Source: Aplysia californica (lineage: Eukaryota). Taken from it: a DNA stretch of 64,000 bases. Position 1 is the first letter of the stretch. Each line of letters opens with the position of its first letter. The DNA lies in contig NW_004797329.1 in assembly GCF_000002075.1 (NCBI RefSeq), positions 92,457 through 156,456 on the forward strand. The letters run 5' to 3'. The position numbers and the translations under genes are program-made. Shown here one piece after another: positions 13,101 through 25,100 of the stretch. The notes below the pieces were generated by a model, which was given only the letters and a program-made list of their open reading frames with translations, did not search any database and was not told the origin of the DNA.

Positions 13101-16100
13101 TCTGTGTGTTTGTTTCTTTGTAGTATTCTAACAGAATGGCTATCAAACTTATAATGTGTTGTGGAAATGCATTCAAGAGTGAAAGATAAAAATGCTGAGT
13201 TAAAAGATGCAGTTATGAGCATTTATTTGTCTGGTTTATAGACTATGATTTTTTTTTTTTTTCAAAACATATAAAAGCCTTTCAGTCATCTGGGGTCATT
13301 GTGTTAACAAATTTGTACCATTTGGTTTAATTTCACTAAATGCATGTGTTCAGTTACACAAAATAAGAAAAGTTGTCACTAAAGCCTCACTAATGTGCTT
13401 TCACTGAATGTTATGTTATCAGTATCTTCGAAATTAGCTCTTTTCATATCTATTTTATGTTGCATTTACCTTGTACTTGGAAAAGAAGAGGTTGTGGGGG
13501 GGGTGTTCTAACACAAGTTTACAAAAGAGAAAAGTTTTTACTTAAGTTTCTTTTGTTGACACTGTACAGTGACGCATGACATAAGTTTGTTTCCAGGAAT
13601 TGATATTGATTGCACAAACTTGATATAACTACATATCTGCACACTTTTGAAAGAGATGGAACGTTTAAAGTAATTATTTATAGCCTGAATTTTTATACGG
13701 TACTCCTGAAAAAGACTGACATTTTACCTTGCTGGTGACTCCATCGACTGGCCAATTTATTCCTTTTTTACTATCTCATCCCCTTTGGGATATACCTGAT
13801 TGCTGTTTGAATGAAGCAAGTGCCTGGTGCATCTGAATGAACTTAGGAAAGTGGGGTAGGCTAAACTCACCAAAAGTATCTTTGGCGACAGTCTTACCAG
13901 ACATCATGAGGAATACAAATCTTTCTTTTTTGATGTTGAGCCTGACGCCTTTATATCAGACTAGGATTACCCCACGTAGGTCCCTACCAATGTTCTCCGT
14001 AGACAATGCGTTTACTTATGTCTCTTTTCACTGTCCATTTTTTTTCAATGGTTATGATCACCATTTTAAGTAAGCCTACTCTGGATAGTAGGTGAGCTCT
14101 TTGGTCTTTTTTTGAAAGCCCTTTTCTGAACTTTTGTTTTAATTTGTTTCTTGCTTATTATAGCCTTATAGTACCTCCCACCCTGCAACTGCAATAATTA
14201 CAACATGCGTGACTTCAAAAAATAAGAAAAAAATGAAGATATTTCAGTCCCAGCTCTGGTTTTTAAAAAATCTCCAGGAAGAGTCAGAGGTCCAGCTGAG
14301 CTCCCCCAGCTCTGACTCCCGAGATACGTCTACTCCCGTGAAGAGGCCTGTCTCGGCTGACATCGGCATTCAGTACGAGGAGAGTGAGGAAGAGGTGGAG
14401 GGCCAGGCAGGGGAGACTTTGCAGATCCGCAGCTTTGCCGAGGTTGTGAGGAGCCCCCCTCCTCTGTCTGACCAGGAGAGACGAGAAAATGAACTTAAAG
14501 TCCAACAGGCAAGTAGTAAATTAAAGGACTCTTTTAAAAGTTTAATTTTTTTTTATAGGCTGAAGAATTTAGTTTAAAAGGCTTTTTGTGTGGTGTCTGA
14601 TAGAAGAAGGATCACAGGACTCAACCAGAGTACACTTGTCTGACCTGTTTTTATGGAGGTTTTTGTTTTGTTTGTTTGCTCTTTTTTTTAAAGCTTCTGC
14701 TCGGTCATAAGAAAGAGTTGTGCTGCATTTCAGCCTTTACACAGCATAGACCACAATTGTTTCTATATCATGTCTCTCCCATTTCAAAGTTTCCATTCCT
14801 AATGGGTGAATTTGTGGAAAATGGGTAATGCACCTTTCACAATGATACTGCACCCTTCCAGTCAAAGCTAGGAAATAAAATAACCTTCTATCTTTTGATT
14901 ACAAGTCAACAGTTTGACCAGAACGTCTTTCCTCCAATGTTTCATCTAAATATCGCTGTTTCTTTTATATTCATAATTGGAAGGCATCAGTTTCATAGTT
15001 GGTGTAATTTTAAATTTATTCCTGATGTGTCTACATTTGGTTCAATTTCTAATTTATTATTGTTGTATCTATGTTTGGGTGGTTGGAGGGTGCTTTTGTT
15101 TGGTTCACATCTTCTTTCCTATCAAACATCTGACGTCCTTATCTCTCCTCCTTCTTTTCTTATGTAACTCTCTTGTAACACCTCTAATCGTTGGCACTTA
15201 TATGACCTATTTGTGTTACAATGCCCTAAAACTCTTACTAAAACAAAGAAAAAAAACTTAGAGAGACATGTCTAATCTTCAGCGCTTACATAACATATTA
15301 ATGTTGCAAGTGCTGTAAAACTCTTACTAAAACAGAAGCTAAAACTAAACAGTTGGTGTAATTTTAAATGTTTTACTGCTGTGTCTACAGTTGGTTGCCC
15401 AGATTGAACGACTGACCCAACAGTTGGCGGAGCGGCAGGGGGCCGAGTCAGTCTCTCCACATGGCTCGCCGCAACACTCGCCTCACAATGACACTCTCAG
15501 GGGAGATGACTCAGCCCTTGTGGCCATGCTGCAGTCGGACCTGGACCGCATCAGTGCAGAAAGGTAAAGAGGGCGGGGCGTCAGTCTTCCTGTGTTGTGG
15601 GCTGTACGAGATGGGGCCATGCCTCTGGTCAAATTGCACTGCATCTGTCTTTGTTTTTCAGTTTGTTTGGGTTGTTCTCAAGGGATTTTCTCTTCATTCA
15701 ATTTTGGCTTTTGTCTTTTGTTTGTAGTCATATGTGTTTAACACTCCCATTAACACTGTAAAGTTATGTGAGAGGCGGTTTGATTTATTTTATGGTTGAT
15801 TGTTTGTTTTGATTTAGAATTGGAAGGGGGGGGGGGACACGAAAGAGAGCCAGAGAAAGGAGGAAGATGAAGTCCAGGGGATTGCTGTAGTGTCTACCCA
15901 TGGGTCAATTGTTTATTGTAAATTTTGTGTGTCCCGAACAGGGCCTTGATGATATGGCATATCTCAAAAGTGTCCAAGCTTTCTGCTTTCTAAAGAAAAT
16001 TTTTGAGTCAAGGGTTTTCCCCACGTTTAAAACTGCATGATATCAGCTTGAGACAGGATGTATAATTTGATATGCACCTTAGCTGTAAATAGTTTTCCCC

Positions 16101-19100
16101 TTTTTGAAGGATAGATTACCATCTTATTTCATTTTTTGTAGCATTTTTACCTATCAAAATTTAGAATCCAGAGGAATCTTGGACTGTATTGTGTATATGG
16201 TCTTTAGATGGTGATGTTTATTTTAATTGGAAGGGCCTCATAAGTTCTTTTCTCAGTTGAAATATGCATGTCTACTTTTTTCTTTTACTAAAACAGGGCT
16301 GTTTTGATCATTGTGGAGCATATCTACCGTCCTCTTGCTTGTGTCCCAAGTCTTATAGAATTATAGAAGATGGATAGCCAAGCCATAAACGATTATATAG
16401 ATAAAAAGATCCTGTTTCAGTGTTTTTGCTCTTACTTTTACTTTATTGAGTTATTCCTGATACAGCTGAAAAATCATTGGTGGTAATTGCAGTTGCTCAC
16501 AATAGCTAAAAGTGCCCTTTGAGTATTGCTGAGCAATTGCTTGCACCAGTTATTGATTTATCCAAAGTACTTTGTTACAACTTGAAAATACCTCAGTCGC
16601 ACTCCCCTCTTTCCCCGCCCTGTTGCCCACAGAGAGAGTGTGCAGCGTACCAACGACCGCCTGCTGAGCTTGCTGTCGGATTCTGTAAAGACGTACGTGG
16701 GTGTGGAGGACACCATCAACCGTAAGCTCAGCCAGGTGGTCAGTGGGACCCCGAGGACTTCTGGAGCTCAGGCTGACTCGCCTCCGGTGAGGTCGCGACC
16801 CCCGAGTGTGGAGCCAGGGCTACGGTCTGACCCACAGGGGAGGATGGGCTCTCCAGCCCCCGAGAGATATGATAGGAAAGGAGGAGGTATGTATGAGTCA
16901 AAGTTTTTGATTTTGATCTTTTTTTTATGGAGGTTTTTTTTTGTTTTGGTTTTAGTCCAATTTTTTTTTTGGGGGGGAGGGTAGGTTGTGTGTGTGTTTG
17001 TGCTTGTGTATGTGTGTTTGTGGGTGTGTATGTATGTGTGTGTGTGCTCTCAAGAGTGGGGGAGAGGAGGGGGTGTGGGATGACTGATAGATCTTAAAGG
17101 AGAATAGGTCATGAGGTACTGCCTTTCTTTTTTTTTTTTTTATTGCAAGTGGTAGGCAGTATGGTCAGATTGTGTTGTCTGAGATAAGTTGTCCTTCACT
17201 ATTTTCTTAATCTGTCACTGGTGTAATGTGAACAACATGCCATTTCCACTCTTCCTGTCTGTCCCTCTTTTATTTTCATAAACTCTTCTTGTCTTTCTTC
17301 AGTATTTTAAAAGCATCTTAGTCTTAATTCAATAAAGCAGAAAATAGTTAAGTTTAATCAGCTGCTGAACATTTGTGGGTGGTTGGCGCATGCTCTGATG
17401 TGGTGAGCTCCTTTTTTCCTGTCAAACATCTATCGACCTTATCTCTTCTCATTCTTTTTGTGTGCTTGTTGCTCTCGTGTAACACCTCTAATCTTCAACA
17501 CTTATATGACCTAACTGTATTGCAAGTAAAACTCTTACTTAATTGAAACAAATAAAAAACAAGCAAAACATGTATGAAGACCTCTAAGAATAAACTGATA
17601 AGTAACCCCCCGGGGCGGTGCTACTGACTGAAGTGTGTTTAGGCTGTTCCCAAAAGGGGGAACGTTAACATCTTGAGTTCTTATGCGCAGTAGAGTTGTA
17701 ATTGTAAATGGGCTGATTCCTCAATGTCATGCTCATAACTGTGCCTGAACTGCAACAGGGAACTGCTGCTTTTACTTTCCTAATCCTTACTATCGTCATT
17801 TCTCCTCTACTTCTTTTGTATGTTTGTCACACTCTTGTGACCCGCTATTTCCGGGGTGCCTTGATAGTCAAAGCAGACTTTGTGCTGTTGAAGCTAGAGA
17901 GGTGAGCAGAGTGAGTGATTCCCTGTAAGGACTTCTCTGTTGACATCCACCCCTTGGCGCTCATTTGACTTTATGCAGTTGCGAGCACCATAAAACCTCT
18001 ACTAAAAACAAACAAAACTGATAAATCCAATGATGTGTCCTCTTCCAGCTGCAGCAGATGGAGACACAAGCCAAGACAGCCACACCCTAGAAGACACGAG
18101 TGTCTTGTCAAATGCCACAGATGAGGGTCTGGAAATCTCACACCGACTGGCAGAAAGTATATTTGTCGGACCTGATTTGGATGCCGAGGGAGAGGAAATC
18201 CTCACAGGTATGTCCTTACCTCTCTTACTTTTTTTTTTGCAGTTGTTACTCTATTGTACCACTTCTAATCTTCGCCTCTTATTGGACCTAATTGTGCTGC
18301 AAGTACTGTAACGCTTACTAAAATCTGACACCTCCCTCCCCCCCCCCAAAAAAAACAAACAAACCCCAAACAAAACAAAAGAGCAAACAAAACCAATCCA
18401 TGCACAATGTAATGATGTGCATATTAACTGCTACAGATGCCCGGGGTCGGCTCCACACTGCAGTGACACAGCTCCTAGAGCTGATGGAGCGCTCCACTTG
18501 TCAGCTGATCGAGGCAAAGTCCACCCAGCAGGAACTGCTAGACACCTTAGCCAGTCGCGCCCGCGAGGTAGAGACGAGCAGCACCCGATGCACCGAGCTG
18601 GACGCTCAACTCGCTGCTGAGATTGAGGCCAAGGAGTACCTGGGCCTGGAGCTGCACAAGGCTGAAGGTTAGTGCTGAGCATGGGTGCCTGGTTTTACGA
18701 CACACACACACACATTCTCTGTTCAGTCTGTTAATTTTCACACCAAGCATACATTCTGTTTAGTCTGTGTCTGGGATCTTCATACCATGCATACATTCTG
18801 TTTAGTCTGTGTCTGGGATCTTCATACCATGCATACATTCTGTTTAGTCTGTGTCTGGGATCTTCATACCATGCATACATTCTTTGCTCTGTCTGGGTTT
18901 TTTTCACATCACACATTCTTTTTAGTCTGTGTTCTTCATACCATGCGTACATTCTTTGCTCTGTCTGTGTTCTTCTTACCATGCATACATTTTTTGCTCT
19001 GTCTGTGTTCTTCGTACCATGCACACATTCTGTTTAGTCTGTGTTCTTCATACCATGCATAAAATCCTTGCTCTGTCTGTGTTTTTTTACACTATTCATA

Positions 19101-22100
19101 CATTCTCTTTGAGTGGTTGGTCGATGCTCTAGTGTGGTTTGCTCTTTCTTATCTATCAAATATCTATTGGGAGCATAACAGAAGAAGAACATCTTTCTTA
19201 ACATACATGATAACTTTTGTCTAGATAATTTACTTATTAATTTTGCACTTGAGGTCCATCGTTTTAAGAACTTGCATATTTTCTATCACATCTCTTTTCA
19301 GATTCTCTCACTAAATTGTCTTGCTTTGTTATTTCTATAACTTGTCTCTATATGAACTTGAATCTTAATGGGACTTTCACCTCTATTTGTACAGTAATAA
19401 AGCTATCAAGCTGTAGTGAGACTACTGTTACTTCTTACTACTCACAACTATTGGTGTGAGTGGTTGGAGGGTACTCTGGTGTGGCTTGTTCCTTCTTTCC
19501 CATCAAGCATCTTATCATCCTTATCACTCCTTCATTTCTTTGCATGTCACTCTCTAGAAGTAACACCTCTATTCTTCGGCACTTGTCCTTTGTGTTATAG
19601 GTGCTGTAAATGTCTTATTGAAATCAAATAATGCAACCATAGGTGTTTATGTGGTAAAGTCCTCTTGTGCTTCTTGTATGCTCTCTTGAAGTCCGCTCCT
19701 TCTATTTCTCTGTCGGTATTGCTATAATTCTTTTCCATTCTTGTCAACATTCAGAAATCGTGTTGGCTCGGTATAAGTCGACTGTCTTGTCTACATGTTT
19801 TATTCTGTCCGCCATCTTTTTTTATCTTTGGTAAATAACTCTATGAGTGGTCTGAGGATGCCTCTGATTGGCCTTACTTCTTTACTGTCCTTCTATTGTT
19901 TCTGTATATGGGTTGATAGAGGATGCCACTGAAAGATCCTTTTTAGCAGGTGGTTGGCAGGTGCTCTAGTTTCATTTACTCCTTCTTTCTTATCAAACAA
20001 CTATCGTCCTGATCTCTCCTCCTTTTTTGTGTTTGTTTCTCTCTTTCAACACCTATAATCTTGGGCACTTATATGACCTTATTAACAATACCTTCATCTC
20101 TAAAGGACCATGATTGTGTCCATGTACTTTCATTTACTTACGTATCATACTTCAAATCAGACTGTCCTAATTTGTTTCCTGGCTCTGTGAATCGTCTTGT
20201 CCTCACCTCACTTTGCTATGACTTGAGCCTTTTCTTAATCTCAATCCTTTAGAAACTGCTGCACCACAATCTCTCCGGAGGACAGGCCAAGGTTATTTAT
20301 AACTCAACAATATTCTATATTTTTATAGTAATTTTTTTTAAATGTCGATCTTTCTTAATTTCAAAGAATGGCTTTAAAAAGGAACATTTTACTGAACATT
20401 TTGGTGTTGGAGAGGATAATAGCCTCTTAGAGTGGTCAGGGCCTTACAACATTCATGTTTTTGGTTTAACTATTTAAAGGATATTAAGAAAGGAATAAAT
20501 GGTTTGATTATATCTTGACCATAAATTTGCCAATTTAATTCCATTTTCTTCTTAAGATGAAACTATTAAAGGAAGAAATCTTATAGTTTGACTGGAGATG
20601 AGGTATATACTGGTGGAGGACAGGGCAAAGTGTATTCCAATTAATCAACAATCTATTCATCAGCAACCATTGCTGTACTCTCACTGCATGCGTTCTGTGG
20701 AATGCTCTTCTTGTCTTTTCTGTCTGGTGTTAGTGTGCAGCTTTTTGGTCTTTACCTTTACACTACATATTTCATTTTTCAATTATAGATCAAGTAAGCT
20801 TTGTTTAAGAGTGAACTATTATAGCTGAATTTACATACTTGCTTCTCGTGTTGATTGATTATAATGGCTGAACAGTGGCTTTGATATAGTTAAGCTCCTT
20901 TTATTTTCTAAATATTTTTCTGCTGTTGGGTACTTCCCACCCGTATAATGCTCTTCAGTTTTTATACCTGGCTTAGAATGTTTACAATGTGTGACATTGT
21001 ATGTGTGTTCAAATGCCTTCCAAGGTTATTCTGTTAGTACAATTGATTTTTACTTAAGAGATACTGCATGGTGTAGCATGTTTGGCATGTATGTGAGGTT
21101 TATTTTGAAGAGTTTCCAACCAATGGCTGCACTGCCCCCCTGCCTTGCCAGGTCTCATCTCTGGCTATCGCTCCGAGCGAGAAGCGCTGGACACCCAGGT
21201 CCAGTCTCTGGAGGAACAACGCGAGGCTCTCATCATTCAACTGGACTCGACCCGCTCCAGACTCTCCGAGTTTGAGCGCTCGCAGTCGGAGATTGACTCC
21301 ATGCGGGAGGAAGTGGGACACCAGCAGGAGCTGCTGCGGGAGAACGCTGGACAGGAGATGCAAGGTTCCTGTCGCTCTCGGGCCCGCAGCCCGCCCAACC
21401 CCAATGTGTTGTCCTACCGTTTTGTGTTTGTGCCCCTCAGTGTTTTTATTGGGGCATACTTGCTCCGGCGATGGTGGCTGAACTCGGAATAGTACACACT
21501 CTTTCTTTTATTGCTATCAAAACCCAGGGTCTACAATAAAGGTGAAAGTAATTTCTTTCAAGTGAACATTGTAACAATAATATCATCTGCCAGAGACACC
21601 AAGGAATTTTGTCTTCGATGTCTTCTGTGGGTTTGATTCTCTAGTAGTAGTGCTTCTGACTGTAGGACATAAAGATGTAAATATCTGGGATAAAAACTTC
21701 TAAATTATATATGAAAATGTTTTTGCTTGGTCTAGTCAAGCCAGATTGTTGATAAATGTTGAAGTCAGATGGTCAAATTATTAATTTTAAATCACAAAAT
21801 TCAAAAGAGTGCTATTTTTCTGTTCAAGCCATCTTTGTCTTGGAATGTTGTTTTTTGCTTGTACATATGGCAGAGTTTATGTGGTTTTATTTAAATGTTT
21901 CAAGGTGTGTTAATTGTATTGAGTAGTACAATAGAACCTGTTCCGCATGACAACTAATCGTTTACTTCCTAAAAAAAACAAATTTTGCCTGTCCACTTTC
22001 AAGTGGTCAAGTCACTAAAGTTGTGTATAAAATGCAAAGTGGTTACTTTCTAAACTCTAAGAGAATATTTTTACTTTTCATGGTACTTTGACCTCTTTTT

Positions 22101-25100
22101 ACAGAGACATAGGTTAAAGTTGACATTTATTGCTTCAGAATGGGTTCAACTGTATTTGAAATTTAAGCAGTACGTTTGACTGTCCTCTGAATTATTATGT
22201 TAAATGTGATGTTATGTAAAGTTGTTTTTTGTTCTTCTTTTTGTTTTTTGTTAATTTTTTTTTTGCATCGAATACTTTTTTTGATTGTTTTGAGTTTGAT
22301 TTCTTTCCACGGTATGTTGGTAGCAAAGCATTTAACCAGGGTCTTGCACCAGCCTAATTCTCTCTAATTGTAAGCATTTTGTTTTAACTGAACTTTTATT
22401 TAATCTGAGAACAATCCATGTTTTCTTCTATTAGTAATTTTTTTTTTAAACTGCCTTCTGTGTGGGTTTTTTTTTTCTGTTATGTTGGCAGTAGTTTAAG
22501 TAATTGGTTTCAAACTTCAATGTAGTTGTTCCTGAATCAAGACTCTTATATTGTTGTCTTTCATGAAGATGAGAGCATTCTCAGCAGCTGTTATGATGGT
22601 AGCCAGAACTATTGTCAAGCGTTCTCTGAGCTACTTGATATATATACTTCTGTATGTATGCAACTCCATTGCAAAACCTCCACCTCACTTTTTCGGGGAT
22701 GATGAATAGAATTGACTCAGACAATTTTTGATCAATAAAATGAGATCTGGATTCATTTTTGAGTGGAACTTGTTTTTATTTTATCACCAAATATATTTTA
22801 GAACTTTCTTATGGGTTTAAGGGTAGACAAATTGCTAACTGCATGAGTACCTTTACGCGGGCTGGCTATGGTCACCATTGTAATACATGGTGTGACCTGT
22901 CAGCCTCTGGTTATTTTTCTTCTCTGTGGTGGTTTTACTTGGTGATTATGGGTTTCATAATAATTTTTTTTTTTGGATCATCAATGTTTTCTAAGCTGTT
23001 TCAGCACTAACAGTTTTCAAGCCTTGAAACTGTTGCTAAGGTAAGAAATCCTTCCCCCCCCCCCCCATTTCAATCTACAAGTGGGCTTCAACTTTCAGAG
23101 CAGTTTTCAACTCTTTTTTTTTTTTTTTTGCCATATGAGGGTTTTTCTCTTCCAATTTCTTCCCACAAGGTTCTTTTTATTTGCACAACCTTATAAAACT
23201 GCAATATTTTTTATGAAAAGGAGTACTATGGGGTTGGTTATTTTTTTTGTATGTAAATCAATGCTCTGTTTGAAGCTTTTGGGATACTGTAGTTCTTTTT
23301 TAAGGTTATAAGATCATGTCTGAGTCATAGCAGCTATTTATTGCCCTTTCCACTCTGTCCATTTTTATATCTATCATCCCGAATCCAACCCTAAATCTCG
23401 CCCAAAAGCACACGTATCATATGCTTTATCCTCCTGCAAAATATTTTACTACAACACTTGATATTGTGGCTTGTATCAAGGCGGAATACACATAAAGTAC
23501 GATGTTCCTGATAATTAGATGTGTAGCAGCCAGTCAAGATAGGGTTAGAATATGTCTAAAGAGAAAGGTTCAGTTTTTCAAAAAGTAGGGTGCCCATTAA
23601 TCTTCTTTTTTTTTTTAACTGTCAAAATTAGATGATTGAATTGAAGAACCAGCAGTGGACCACCTTTGAGATCTAGTTGGGGAACACAAAGAAGGAGACT
23701 TTGACAATTCTTACCGTTGCTGTTTTTAAAAATGATATATAAGTTAAACCTTTTCCGTCTTTTACTATATGATGCTACAACTTTTCTTTACAGACCATCT
23801 GAAGTTCATGTTTGTTTGCCATATGCTGAATAGTTTACTCATGATATCTGGTCAAGTCTTACAGCTAGTTCAGTTGACATAAATGATATTCACATTTTTT
23901 TAAAGTTCATATAACTGGCTAAATTATGTGGCTAGATTTGACATGTTACTTATTTTGGCTGGCTATTCTACATGTTATTTCCTTCCGTCTTGTCTAAAGT
24001 GATATGTTTAAGTTTTAGTTCAATGTTAAAGGTGAGTTCTTTCTTCAGATGTCAGGTCTTTTCTTAAATATGTGGAAAGGGCAAGTCATATACCTGTAGA
24101 TGCATTTGTAAATAGCTGATACTCATTTGGCATAATTCTGTCGTGGGATTTTTATTACTGATCAAAATATAGTTTGGGGGGTAATTGTAGTGTATTAAAG
24201 AGCTTTTTTTTTTTGGAGGAAGACGTCACAGGTGTCATCTTGATGCAAGTCACAAAGGTGGAGGTTTTGCTTTTCTCAAGTGGAGGAAAGTCATACAGAT
24301 TAGATCCTGGTTCAATGCTTTTTTTGTCCTTTGTATGATTTGTATTCTCACCACCACAAGCTTTTTTCCCCTAGTATGCATGCACCCCCTGCCCCACAAG
24401 TTTTGGAGTGGTAGAGTTTTACTACTGAAACGAATTATTAACAAATTGATGATCGAAATATTATGTTTGCATAAAAAAACAGCATGCAAGCAGCTTGTCA
24501 GTTTTGTTTCTTGCTTAAGAAAATAGTTAGAACATTTATTTACATTACTCAAAGCTCATGCAGGTTTTTGCTTTACTTTTACATGGTTGCTAACCAGAAT
24601 GCAGCATCTCCTGCCCCTTGCCCCCTTCACTCCTACCCCCCATCCCTTTATAAAAATTTCTTTTCTAATACCCTTTTTTTGAGATTTTCGTTTTCACAGT
24701 AAGAGGGACAATAATATATTTTTTTTTTTCTCAAATTGTAAAAGATTTCTGGACCCAGTTTTTCATACTAGGATCACTTAAAGTGCATGAAATATAGCAG
24801 GTTTGGATGAAACAGAAATGGAAAAAGTGCCGATAAGACAGAACATTTTACTTGGCTTTTTTTTATATTCAGCATTATGAAAGCATGTTCCCTGTTTCAT
24901 TGAATTTAATAGCTGTATGGGTAAAACATTTGCTCAAGGTGCACTCTAAAACAACATTAAATCAGGCATTCTGTTACCCCTTAATAATGTAAACAAATTA
25001 GAAAACTATGGTCTTTTTTCTGTAGATTCACCACTGAATAAGTGACCAGTATTTGCACGATAATAATTTAAATTAAAAGCAATTATAAAACATATGCTTT

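Noticed and set aside
18748-19105. CRISPR-like array or 125-aa repetitive ORF
   Set aside because: Head-to-tail minisatellite without unique spacers, inside a eukaryotic intron; the ORF is a by-product of the 42-bp unit.
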